Positions 13,907 to 23,016 of a stretch of DNA of 35,983 nt are shown one piece after another. Each line of letters starts with the position of its first letter. Position 1 is the first letter of the stretch. This DNA comes from a virus (Duplodnaviria; Caudoviricetes). The notes below the pieces were generated by a model. That model was not told the DNA's origin, searched no databases, and saw only the letters and a program-made list of their open reading frames with translations. The DNA lies in the IMG/VR virus record IMGVR_UViG_3300046643_000007, positions 1 through 35,983 of that record; one strand, written 5' to 3'. The translations under genes were made by a program, and so were the position numbers.

Positions 13907-14331
13907 TTTCTTGTGCCTTGCATGTTAGCCATTAGACCTTTCCACATTCCGTCATAACCTGCCGCCATTTCTTCTAAGGATGGTTTGCTTCTTCCGCCGT
14001 GCAAACCCAGATACTTCGCTAGAGTGTAGGCAGGAATGGTTACAAGGTTTGTGGCAAGTCCGGTAACTGGGTTATCTCTCATGGTGCTGTATGCCCATGC
14101 TCCGTGTTCTTGCGGTCCTAGTACGTTTTGATCTGCGCCGGGAGCGTTTCTTCTCATCACCAGTTCTGCGTGATAGTCACCTGGAGCGCCCATATTCTTC
14201 CAATCAGGAAAGGACATGTTCCCACCAGAAGTTACATATTCCCTATAGGACGGTACTAGATTAACGTCTGCTGGTTGATAGTCTTTGCTCTTTATTAGGG
14301 CGGCGGTTTGACCCCAAGTGTTGTCTGACAT
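13903..14331 (-). CDS. Hypothetical protein
   Basis: 142 aa; abuts the upstream stop and has an ATGA overlap downstream. Confidence 0.7.
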   Translation of the reverse strand: MSDNTWGQTAALIKSKDYQPADVNLVPSYREYVTSGGNMSFPDWKNMGAPGDYHAELVMRRNAPGADQNVLGPQEHGAWAYSTMRDNPVTGLATNLVTIPAYTLAKYLGLHGGRSKPSLEEMAAGYDGMWKGLMANMQGTRK

Positions 14332-14796
14332 TTAGATACAGGTCGGTAAGTTGGGTGGCTGAAATCTTATTTGAAAGTGTTTCCATAGGAAGGTGCTTTG
14401 AAGCCCGTAGGCTTCGCGCTCACGCTCCATAGACATGTCACAGCCCTTAGTCGGGCCGTCCCTCATGGCTTGCACGTAATGAATTAGCTCGTGATAAAGA
14501 ATGGATACGTTTAAGGGTTCCCCAAAATCCAAATCCCCATCTACGTAGACCACCCCATCGACGTATGCGCCTTTTACGTTCGCATATCCACATTTGCATA
14601 CTTCCTTAATGACTTCTTTGGTAGTGACTCGGACGGTCGGAGGCTTCTCAGGGATGAAGTGCATATCTCCATAAGCGGCGGCATAGATCATTACCGCTTG
14701 ATCCTGAGTCAGTTCTTTTGCAAACGCGGAGCATTGAGTCAGCACAAGAACAATGCCTAGCAACACGGCGAATATCAGCAGAGGTCGATTGTCCAT
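14332..14796 (-). CDS. Exported HExxH zinc-metallopeptidase-like protein
   Basis: Signal peptide, GAY..G.VYV, ILYHELIHYVQ, EREAYGLQ. Confidence 0.7.
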   Translation of the reverse strand: MDNRPLLIFAVLLGIVLVLTQCSAFAKELTQDQAVMIYAAAYGDMHFIPEKPPTVRVTTKEVIKEVCKCGYANVKGAYVDGVVYVDGDLDFGEPLNVSILYHELIHYVQAMRDGPTKGCDMSMEREREAYGLQSTFLWKHFQIRFQPPNLPTCI

Positions 14797-14797
14797 T

Positions 14798-15757
14798 TCA
14801 CACCCTTATGATCTGGCCTCGGAACGTGATTGTTCCGGCCTCTTCGTCCCATACCGTGACCAGTTCGGGAGGAATCAACTTTCCTTCAACGAATGTGAAT
14901 ACAGCGAATCCGCTACGCCAGTTTCTAGGGGCTGCTTCCAGGTAGTTGAAGGTGGGTCCGTAGGTTGACGCCATACAGCCCACGTCCACGCCCCAGCGGT
15001 CCCCGCGCTCGTCGGTGAGGGGATAGACCTGCTGTTTGTGCTGGTGCCCTGTAGCGTAGCTGTGACCGCTCCATAGGGTGTTATTGAATGGACTGTGCAT
15101 GCCGCCCTTGTAACGATGCTTGAGGGTCAATTGGTCATTGACTCGAATCGCCCAAGACTGTCCCCATCCCGGCAGATGATCCCCCAGAGCAAAGCCCTTT
15201 ACTCCATCGAAATGTGGGTTTCCGTTAGCTAATATCCCATCGAATCTCAAGTCATGGTTACCTGGCGTGCGTTTGGTAACCATTGCCTTCGGACCGGCCT
15301 TCTTGATCTCATCAAGGCAGTCGCCAGCCCATTCCACCTCTTTCTTGACGTTCGGACCTTTGTCCCATCCGATGCGGGGATGGCGGGAGATTTGGGAGAA
15401 GTCGAGAAGGTCTCCAAGGTCAAACACTGCTGCCGGTTTCATCTCCCTGACCATTGTCAGGAAGGCTCTGTGTACGGTTGTTTTGTGACCTGGAACTAGG
15501 TGCCAATCGCTACCAGCTAAAACAAGACCGTTCTTTATTTCAACATGCTGGAAGTCGGGGAAGGATGCTTCGTAGCCGGAGTCGTATCTGTCTACGCTGT
15601 TGTGTGCGGCAGAGAGGAGCTTGATGCCGCGAGTCTTCTCGATCTGCCGGCGCCTCTGGTGGGCGTTGCGCTCGGACATCTGGAACAGTTTCGCCACCTC
15701 TGACACTGACTGCAACTTCCGGAATGCGTCAACAAACTCATCATCTGATGATTTCAT
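14798..15757 (-). CDS. Calcineurin-like metallophosphoesterase with an N-terminal HTH
   Basis: SDWH, LGDLLD, GNHD, KH and GHQH motifs. Confidence 0.88.
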   Translation of the reverse strand: MKSSDDEFVDAFRKLQSVSEVAKLFQMSERNAHQRRRQIEKTRGIKLLSAAHNSVDRYDSGYEASFPDFQHVEIKNGLVLAGSDWHLVPGHKTTVHRAFLTMVREMKPAAVFDLGDLLDFSQISRHPRIGWDKGPNVKKEVEWAGDCLDEIKKAGPKAMVTKRTPGNHDLRFDGILANGNPHFDGVKGFALGDHLPGWGQSWAIRVNDQLTLKHRYKGGMHSPFNNTLWSGHSYATGHQHKQQVYPLTDERGDRWGVDVGCMASTYGPTFNYLEAAPRNWRSGFAVFTFVEGKLIPPELVTVWDEEAGTITFRGQIIRV

Positions 15758-16059
15758 GTCTGCTTGAGGTAATCAGGAATGTGCGGGTTGTCCCGGAATA
15801 TTCCGGCCAGCACGCACCCGAGAACGTTTACCTGACTCTCAGTCAGCCCGAGGGAAAGAGACTCGTCAATTGCGTGGATGGTTTCGTGCATCATCACGTC
15901 TTGCTCTAGTGACAGAGGCAGATTGGCGATGATCTCGATGGAAAGGTTTCGGTAAGACGTGCTGCCGTAGTTCTCGTCAATGTGGGAACCGTCCCGGTAG
16001 GTGTATTTCCACGGCTTCCCGATGATTTTTGCGCTATCGACCCGCAGGCGTTTTGCCAT
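15754..16059 (-). CDS. Small HExxH metallopeptidase-like protein
   Basis: YGST......IEI...MMHETIHAID...E; ATGA overlap with the phosphoesterase. Confidence 0.7.
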   Translation of the reverse strand: MAKRLRVDSAKIIGKPWKYTYRDGSHIDENYGSTSYRNLSIEIIANLPLSLEQDVMMHETIHAIDESLSLGLTESQVNVLGCVLAGIFRDNPHIPDYLKQT

Positions 16060-16074
16060 TGTCACCCCATGTGA

Positions 16075-16320
16075 TTACTTCCAGTGCGCTTTAATGCTGT
16101 CTCCGAATAATGAAAAGAACGTGACAATGGCAGAAAGAATAAATGTCACGCCGCCTAGAACTCCCTTATATTTAGCCATGCTCTGTTCTATGCCTTGCAC
16201 GGCTCTAAGGATCATTTCCTGATCGGATTTGATGTCCGCGATGGTGGACTCCAGTACGGCGATTCGTTCGTTGGTTCTGGTGTCTCTTCGATCGACCCCG
16301 TCCCACTCAGTGCGGTCCAT
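16075..16320 (-). CDS. Coiled-coil protein with a C-terminal transmembrane anchor
   Basis: WDGVDRR, heptad region, GVLGGVTFILSAIVTFFSLF. Confidence 0.7.
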   Translation of the reverse strand: MDRTEWDGVDRRDTRTNERIAVLESTIADIKSDQEMILRAVQGIEQSMAKYKGVLGGVTFILSAIVTFFSLFGDSIKAHWK

Positions 16321-16711
16321 AGTCCCATCCCTGCGCTTGACCAGTGTTTGGAGTGTTGTAGCCTACTGCGCTTGATTCATCGGACTGAACACGTAGGACC
16401 AGGCCAATACGTCCAATCACCTTCCATCCAATACCGCATTGCAGTAGTGACTTTCGGGTAGTAGACCCCGACCACCGGACTTGGAAGAAAATACCTATCG
16501 GCCAATTGAGGCGCAGACACGCTATCCCGTTGTAAAACTGCGCTCCGTCGTTCGGCGCTCTCTCTGGTATCCATACCCATTTCCCCTCTCGTTTGAATCC
16601 CCATACAATTGCGAATGACTTGATCGAATCTTCGTCAAGACACCACGGCCATTTGTTCAGGAAGTCGTTGAGCCACGCCGGGAACCGCTTGTCGAATTCT
16701 TCGTGTCTCAT
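16307..16711 (-). CDS. Hypothetical Trp-rich protein
   Basis: Start placed at 16711 (MRHEEF, ATGA overlap, GAGGG SD). Confidence 0.65.
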   Translation of the reverse strand: MRHEEFDKRFPAWLNDFLNKWPWCLDEDSIKSFAIVWGFKREGKWVWIPERAPNDGAQFYNGIACLRLNWPIGIFFQVRWSGSTTRKSLLQCGIGWKVIGRIGLVLRVQSDESSAVGYNTPNTGQAQGWDYGPH

Positions 16712-17046
16712 TTGAGTTGTGCCCTCGCAATGACGGCTACAATCTTGGCAAGGATTCCGAGCGCAGTTCTTGCGCTGGCAAGGTCGGTGACGTTGGCAAG
16801 AATCCATGCGTCAACCTGTGCCGGGGTCATCGCCACGAGCGTCTTGATTGCCGGTACTTGAGCCACCGCGCTGCGCTCTGTTTCCAGCCGCACAATCTCA
16901 TCCTGCGCCACCTTCAACGTGGCGTCCTGAGCCCATGCGGAACCGTTCCAGATGTAGGTTGAGTCGGGTCTCTGCGGAACCACGATGTCACCGTACTGCG
17001 CGTCGCCTTCGTGGTAGCTTGCGGGAGGTGTGATGTAGTAGCCCAT
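16708..17046 (-). CDS. Tail-fibre assembly/chaperone-like protein
   Basis: Directly after the fibre gene; VPQRPDSTYIWNGSAW motif of fibre-associated proteins. Confidence 0.6.
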   Translation of the reverse strand: MGYYITPPASYHEGDAQYGDIVVPQRPDSTYIWNGSAWAQDATLKVAQDEIVRLETERSAVAQVPAIKTLVAMTPAQVDAWILANVTDLASARTALGILAKIVAVIARAQLK

Positions 17047-19259
17047 CACCATCCCCTGTTAGCGGTGACGAACATTTTCCAGTTGGCGGAAGTAACGCCG
17101 CTTTGAACTCCGGACGTTCTATTCGCAAGTTGTATTGCGGTGGTGGAGCCGGTCACCGTCGAAAATGAATTTCTATCCTCAACAGTCACCACCATTGGCG
17201 TTGCGTATGCGGCACCCGCTTCCAAAACCGGAGCAAACATTCCAGGAGTAAATCCGACATCTGCTGTGTAATTTCTTACATATACGGTCGGAGGAAATTG
17301 AGGTAAAACACCAATATTTGCGCTAAAAGACGTCCTTGTTCCTACGGCTGGAACCGTAGTATCCGCGCTTACATACTGTCCCTTGTAAGCATAATTCACC
17401 GTGCTGACCACCGCGCTTGCATTCGTCGTTTGCTCGCCGTGATACACCACATTTTTCGCAGTCAGTGTGGGATTGGTTCCTGCTGATGTACTCGCGGCAG
17501 TGACGCCGTACATGGTCATCGCGGGAATGGAGAAGAAGTCGGAGGACGTTGCTCCGTTGACGGTGAAGGTACTGATATTAGGCGCGGTGAATGTCGTGCC
17601 GTTAGAGTAGGCGCAGTAGGGGAGGAAACGAAATCCTGCGGCATTTCCATTGAGGGATGTAGTTGCCCCCGTTCGGAGTCCAACTCTCATAGTTGAAACG
17701 GCACATACTTTTGATGCCGAGGTTATTGACTGATCAACAACCCCATCAACATATGAAAAATACTTTCCAGCAACCGAGTCGTAAACAAGCGCAATATGAT
17801 AGGTGGTTGCCGTGGCCCACGTTGTTTTTGTTCCTCCAGCAGCAACGATGTCGTTAGAAGACCCATTTGAAGATAAATTAACAAATAGCTTCGTAGTACC
17901 AGCATTGTTGAAAAGAAGCAACTCGGCCCCGAACGCGGAACCGTTTGTTACATTTATGATATACATGTTGTTCGCTGCGGTTGGAAGCACAGCGAATCTG
18001 ACCTTACATTCTAACGTCCACGACCCACTTCCCAGAGTTGTTACGTTGGTTGTTTCTACATAGTCACCAGTGCCGTCCATTGCAACAGTGTTAAGCCCGT
18101 CTATTTGTGTTCCGGTTGCAATGCTGGCGTTTCCTCCAACCGCCCATGTATTGCCGTAGTCATCAAGAATCGTAGTGCTGCCATTGGTACCGGCGAATCT
18201 CAAAAGACTCTGCTTCGTGCGGTCATACGCGTACCCATACTGAGGCGGCGCGAGAGTGCTGCCCCATGTGACGGACGTATCCGTGACGCGGGTGCTGGTG
18301 ATGTAGTTGAGATTGTTGGCCGCGAGGGAGCCTTGATTGCTGGCGTCGGCGGTCAATCGGGTAACGGTATCAGTATCGCCATTCACGCCGAACCCGTTTG
18401 CATAGGTGATGACAAGAGGCGTCGAAGTGGCGGAGATATTGAAATTCAGTCCGGCGCCCGCCGTTAGGTGTGCCGCATAGCCACTGGAATCCAATGCGCC
18501 ATAAAGCACCGTCTGCCTGACCGGAACGTTAATTAGGTCGGCCAATCCGGCAACGGTCAGATCCTTGTCCTGAATGGTCAGGATTCGCGTGGTGGCGGTC
18601 GTAAGCCCGCTCGCCTCTATTCTGACTTGCTTGGACACATCACCGTCATCGTACGCAATAGGGATAGAGTCATTCTTCGGCATTGAGAAATGCGCTGGAT
18701 TCGCAATGCCATACGCCACGCTAGAGAGTGGCGCGGTTAACGTTGCCCCAGAATCAAGCGTCAGGGTTATGGTCGTTACCGCAGCAAAGGCCGACGTCTT
18801 GATGGTGGAGTAAGTGGTCCCCGCGGCATCGACTATCTGCAATCTGCGCCCGACCGTAAACTGCCCGGTCTGGTCGCCCGCCATAGAGAAAGACGTACCG
18901 GAAATGTAGGTCGGGGTTTGCCCCGAAGACAGCCACTCATTAGCCGAGGAGGAGGTATCGTTGATCCCCGCCACGTTATCCGTAGACCACAGGAACGTGC
19001 TGGGAGGATCGGTCTCGGTGGCTGACGCAAGCCCTACCTTGTACAGCAGGCCGGACGTCAACCATACCGCCTGTGCGGGACGGCCGTTGGCATCCAGGAT
19101 CATCGGGTTAGCGTTCGCTATTGATCCCGATGACGTTGTGTAGGTGGATTGCTTCGTTGACGATCCAGCCGCATAAAAGAACAGTTGAGCGCCAACCAGG
19201 GGAACCCCGTTCGCATCAACGAATGTCGGGGAATACGGGAGCCAAATCTTGACGGTCAT
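17046..19259 (-). CDS. Tail fibre/spike with a virion-anchoring N-terminus and a LamG/concanavalin A-like domain
   Basis: FVDANGVPLVGAQLFFYAAGSST...NANPMILDANGR; MDGTGDY...WTLECKV...YHIALVYD...YVDG. Confidence 0.85.
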   Translation of the reverse strand: MTVKIWLPYSPTFVDANGVPLVGAQLFFYAAGSSTKQSTYTTSSGSIANANPMILDANGRPAQAVWLTSGLLYKVGLASATETDPPSTFLWSTDNVAGINDTSSSANEWLSSGQTPTYISGTSFSMAGDQTGQFTVGRRLQIVDAAGTTYSTIKTSAFAAVTTITLTLDSGATLTAPLSSVAYGIANPAHFSMPKNDSIPIAYDDGDVSKQVRIEASGLTTATTRILTIQDKDLTVAGLADLINVPVRQTVLYGALDSSGYAAHLTAGAGLNFNISATSTPLVITYANGFGVNGDTDTVTRLTADASNQGSLAANNLNYITSTRVTDTSVTWGSTLAPPQYGYAYDRTKQSLLRFAGTNGSTTILDDYGNTWAVGGNASIATGTQIDGLNTVAMDGTGDYVETTNVTTLGSGSWTLECKVRFAVLPTAANNMYIINVTNGSAFGAELLLFNNAGTTKLFVNLSSNGSSNDIVAAGGTKTTWATATTYHIALVYDSVAGKYFSYVDGVVDQSITSASKVCAVSTMRVGLRTGATTSLNGNAAGFRFLPYCAYSNGTTFTAPNISTFTVNGATSSDFFSIPAMTMYGVTAASTSAGTNPTLTAKNVVYHGEQTTNASAVVSTVNYAYKGQYVSADTTVPAVGTRTSFSANIGVLPQFPPTVYVRNYTADVGFTPGMFAPVLEAGAAYATPMVVTVEDRNSFSTVTGSTTAIQLANRTSGVQSGVTSANWKMFVTANRGW

Positions 19260-19278
19260 TCTGTGCTATCCTTTTTGG

Positions 19279-19431
19279 ATGGTAGAGCGATCAATCATTA
19301 TTCTGTACCGCACAGCACAATGCGCATTTACGGCGGCGCTGGTAGTTGGAGCGTGGCTGATCCATCCGGTGTTAGGCATCATCGCCGGGTGGCTCGGTCT
19401 TTTTTCTGCATCGGCATTGCTTGGTTTGTAG
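19279..19431 (+). CDS. Possible antisense two-transmembrane small protein (50 aa)
   Basis: AFTAALVVGAWLIHPVLGIIAGWLGLFSASALLGL; extended -10 TGcTATCCT six nt before the ATG. Confidence 0.45.
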   Translation: MVERSIIILYRTAQCAFTAALVVGAWLIHPVLGIIAGWLGLFSASALLGL

Positions 19432-21217
19432 CGGTCTGCAATCCCATTGATCTGGCGATCCCTTGAAGGGCGTCAGACGCTAGCTCTATATTGTCTTTTG
19501 ATGCCTTAGACATAAGAGTTTTTGCCAGCAATGGGTCTTTGACGGCCTCAACAAGTAGCTTGTCAATGTCTGCGTCGTTGTACTTATTCAGCCAATCCAA
19601 CCCACGCCCAAGATTCTTAGTAATCGGTCCAACCTGACCGCCGCCTCCCACCATGCTGCCGATAATGTTCGCCGTGGAATAATTGGCAAGCTGCGCGGTA
19701 TGCGATCCCGATACCATGCCTCCAGCCTTTGCAAACGCCTCTCCAGATAAATCCTGCCGCAACGCCTCAAGTCGGGTCTGCTGATCGGGCGTGAGAATAT
19801 CGTTTGCGCGGGCTTTCTTAAATCCGGTCACGTCAGCGGCCAACCGATCAAGATTGTCCATGTTCTTTGTGAACGAACCGGGAAGCAACGTCCGATTCCC
19901 TAGATTGTCTTCTCCGGTGCCAATAGATTTGCGCCGAAGTTCCTGCATTATTTCCATCTGATTGATGGGTTTCGATTCATCCTTGAACGTTTGCAGATAG
20001 GCTTTGAATCCTGGCGCGTCGGACTCGATGACGTCATCCAGCATATTCTTGACTTTTCCTAGCTCGGCGGTGGCGGTCTTGAATGCGGCTTTATCTCCGG
20101 CAAGTTTCCCGTTCATAGCGTCGCCAATATCCTGCCGCACCGAATACAGTTCCGCTGGATCGGTCACGCCCTGAAGTCTTGACTTCACCCATCTTAGAGC
20201 GTCCGCAACAACCTCGCGCTTTCCGACTGGAGATTGCAGAGTGGAGTCGATATTCTGAATTACCACACTTGACGGAGATCCCACCGTTCCACTGCTTAGT
20301 GCTTTTTCTCTGGCTCCGCTTGTGGCTGCATTCCTTGCGTCCTTGGCGACGCTGATGTCCGATTCAGTTCCGGCAAGGTTGTCCAATTCTTTGATGCGCG
20401 CATCGTTTTGCAACGTGTACCGCGCAGAGATATCCGCCCCCCCCGGTTTTGCCAGTACGCTGCGCTCCAAAACAGCCAAGCCGGGGTCTTTGGTAATCTG
20501 CGCAAGCGTCCTATTCGATCCCGGCACCAATTGGCTTGTATCATCTAAAGCGGCAATGGCGTCGGCTGGAGAAGATGCCGATTTAGTTAGGACGTTACCG
20601 GCAGTTGATTGCTGCCCTGCCTCAGTAAAGTTTTTTACAAATGAGGGTATTCCCCTCGCAACAGACACCGATGCCGGGGCTGCTATTCCGCCGACAAGCC
20701 CGGCCCCCATTTGCAGCAACGGACTGCCCCCTATTTCCTTCACCGATCCAGCAGACACCCCCCCCCCTAGACCAGATTGAACTTGCACGTCTGGGCGCGT
20801 GGTGAATAGTGTTTTCACTATACCCGGCGCGGCCGCATACCCAATGATTGCATTTCCCCCCGCGCTTGCCATTCCCCTCACGCCAGCCCCCACGATGCGC
20901 TCAGTTGGCGTTTTCTCATTAGGCAACCCTAGGGTTGTCAGTACATTTCCGACCGATTCTGACGTTGGCTTGAATTCCGGTATCTGATTGTCAGATACCG
21001 CGTTATGTGCCTTTATTCCTAGATTGAGCAGATACCCAATGGCGTCGGCTCCAAGTGCAGGAAGGGCTATTGCACCCTGTACCGCATTCCTTGCCGTCAA
21101 TCCTACCTGTCTGACGCCCCGCTCCAATAAGCCGGGAGCCTCTGGCGTAGAAGGCGCCGCCGTAGCAACATCAAATACGCTTTTAACTGGGGCCGCGGTT
21201 GACAGGTCAAAGGCCAT
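19379..21217 (-). CDS. DNA ejection (internal virion) protein 3
   Basis: 612 aa, Ala/Gly-rich and helical; third of three genes between nozzle and fibre, like P22 7/20/16. Confidence 0.7.
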   Translation of the reverse strand: MAFDLSTAAPVKSVFDVATAAPSTPEAPGLLERGVRQVGLTARNAVQGAIALPALGADAIGYLLNLGIKAHNAVSDNQIPEFKPTSESVGNVLTTLGLPNEKTPTERIVGAGVRGMASAGGNAIIGYAAAPGIVKTLFTTRPDVQVQSGLGGGVSAGSVKEIGGSPLLQMGAGLVGGIAAPASVSVARGIPSFVKNFTEAGQQSTAGNVLTKSASSPADAIAALDDTSQLVPGSNRTLAQITKDPGLAVLERSVLAKPGGADISARYTLQNDARIKELDNLAGTESDISVAKDARNAATSGAREKALSSGTVGSPSSVVIQNIDSTLQSPVGKREVVADALRWVKSRLQGVTDPAELYSVRQDIGDAMNGKLAGDKAAFKTATAELGKVKNMLDDVIESDAPGFKAYLQTFKDESKPINQMEIMQELRRKSIGTGEDNLGNRTLLPGSFTKNMDNLDRLAADVTGFKKARANDILTPDQQTRLEALRQDLSGEAFAKAGGMVSGSHTAQLANYSTANIIGSMVGGGGQVGPITKNLGRGLDWLNKYNDADIDKLLVEAVKDPLLAKTLMSKASKDNIELASDALQGIARSMGLQTATNQAMPMQKKDRATRR

Positions 21218-23007
21218 TAGCGAACCTCTTCATATTGCTTGCCGTCGGGCGACACAAAAGCCTTATTTCCATTTGCGTCGGTATGCAAGACCCACCCCTT
21301 TGAGTTTGTCTGCGCGTTACTTTGCTGTGTTTTTGCAGAATCAGGGCGTATCAATTTCATTTCGTCATCGGTAAGAAATTTATCACCGAATTGACGGATC
21401 AATTCATTTTTAACTTCTTTCCTGTAACCCTGAACCGTATAGGTATCGTTGCGCACCATCTTGTCTTTGATGTCTGCGGCAATGGCGGCGCGGTCTGCCA
21501 TGCGCTCGGCAATAGTTGCCATTGCGTCGCGACCCCTTTCGGTAGTCAGCAGACTTGGTATGGATTCCATGAACGCCTTCATTTCCATGTCGGACGTGGA
21601 ACCTGAACCAATGGCGCGAGACTGCGTTGCAAGTTTCACCTGGATGGATTTTGCTATCTGATTTGCGCTTGTAGCATCCGCGAACTCAGTACCCGGGAGA
21701 TATTTACCCATCGTCGCCTGCATTTCAGACCACGGTCCGCCCGCATATCCTTTAAGCAAGTCTCGAATCAATCCAATCTGTGACGCACTGTTGGATGCCT
21801 TTTCTGCGTCTACACGAGCTGCGCCAACGCTTTCCGCATCTTGCTTTGATAGCTGCTTCTCGTACGTCTGCATGTTAATGTTGACTGCCCCAGCCTTGCT
21901 ATGCGCGTTGGCTATTTCCTGCATCTTGGCCGCGCTCACCGGCTTTCCATCCATCGTGAACTCACCCGTCACCTGATTGAAGTAAGCCCCCGGCACATTG
22001 GAAACGGGTTTCAGTTTCTCCCGATCAATCTTCTGCTGTTCCATCTGGCGCGAGTCAAGATTGTTTGCGGCGGTTTCCAGTTCCTTCGCCAAATCAAGAT
22101 TGGCCGGTCTGCGAGTGGCGCGCAGTTGCTCGGCCTGCGCCCGCAAGGAATCTGGAGTCGGATTGCTGTTTTGTCCGGTCACTTCGACGGGGGCAGTGGT
22201 TTGTGGCGTCAATGCCGCGACCGCTGGATTCTTCGAACCCGGAACCGGTACGGGCGCATCCACTCTTACCGGACTGGGAATCTGTCCATCAGGCGGAGGC
22301 GGCAAAGGCGTGCCCACGTAATCATCAGGCTGATTAGCTTGTGCGAGAGCGTTGGCAACGGAATTCTGCATTCCCTTCACGATAGGAATGGATTGCGATG
22401 TATTGGTCAGTCCGTTATTGACATCCGTCTGCAACGGGGTAGGCGTGGTCAGTGCATTGACTGCCGGTGATGTGGGCTTGATGTCTCCATTGCCGCTGAG
22501 ATCCATGCGGGCAACGCCTTCCTTGGGCGCCAATCCACCGGCTGCAATTCTTTGCATGCCGGGAATCAGTGCGGGCGACCACGGCTCCGGATTGATTGGA
22601 TGGATTCCTAGCTGGTTCCACTGCTGCACAAGAATAGGATACTGCGCGGGCTTTTCCGAGTCGGGCAGCGCCAAGAATGACGAAACCATCTGCGAGCCGA
22701 TCTCGGTTGCCTTTTGCGTTGCGTCGGTCTGGTCTTTGCGGGCCTTCCACTGATCGGCGCGGAGCTTTATTGCCGCGCCAGGATCAAGCGGCATCAATCG
22801 GCTAATCACATCTTCGTCAGAGGTGGCGCCCTTTAGCGCATTCTCAATCGCGAGTTGTTTGCGAAAACTATGTTGCCCCTGCTGTAGCTGCAAGTCCTGC
22901 GCGTCGCGCTGCCCCATCAGGGATTGAATGGTGAGAGCCTTTTGCAATGGCTCCGCGGGGTCAGGGAGAACCAGAGGATTCAGTCCGAGTGCTATTCTGG
23001 AGTCCAT
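21217..23007 (-). CDS. DNA ejection (internal virion) protein 2
   Basis: 596 aa, MDSRIALG start, Gln/Ala-rich with a Pro-rich middle; synteny. Confidence 0.7.
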   Translation of the reverse strand: MDSRIALGLNPLVLPDPAEPLQKALTIQSLMGQRDAQDLQLQQGQHSFRKQLAIENALKGATSDEDVISRLMPLDPGAAIKLRADQWKARKDQTDATQKATEIGSQMVSSFLALPDSEKPAQYPILVQQWNQLGIHPINPEPWSPALIPGMQRIAAGGLAPKEGVARMDLSGNGDIKPTSPAVNALTTPTPLQTDVNNGLTNTSQSIPIVKGMQNSVANALAQANQPDDYVGTPLPPPPDGQIPSPVRVDAPVPVPGSKNPAVAALTPQTTAPVEVTGQNSNPTPDSLRAQAEQLRATRRPANLDLAKELETAANNLDSRQMEQQKIDREKLKPVSNVPGAYFNQVTGEFTMDGKPVSAAKMQEIANAHSKAGAVNINMQTYEKQLSKQDAESVGAARVDAEKASNSASQIGLIRDLLKGYAGGPWSEMQATMGKYLPGTEFADATSANQIAKSIQVKLATQSRAIGSGSTSDMEMKAFMESIPSLLTTERGRDAMATIAERMADRAAIAADIKDKMVRNDTYTVQGYRKEVKNELIRQFGDKFLTDDEMKLIRPDSAKTQQSNAQTNSKGWVLHTDANGNKAFVSPDGKQYEEVR

Positions 23008-23016
23008 TCGAGGCCC

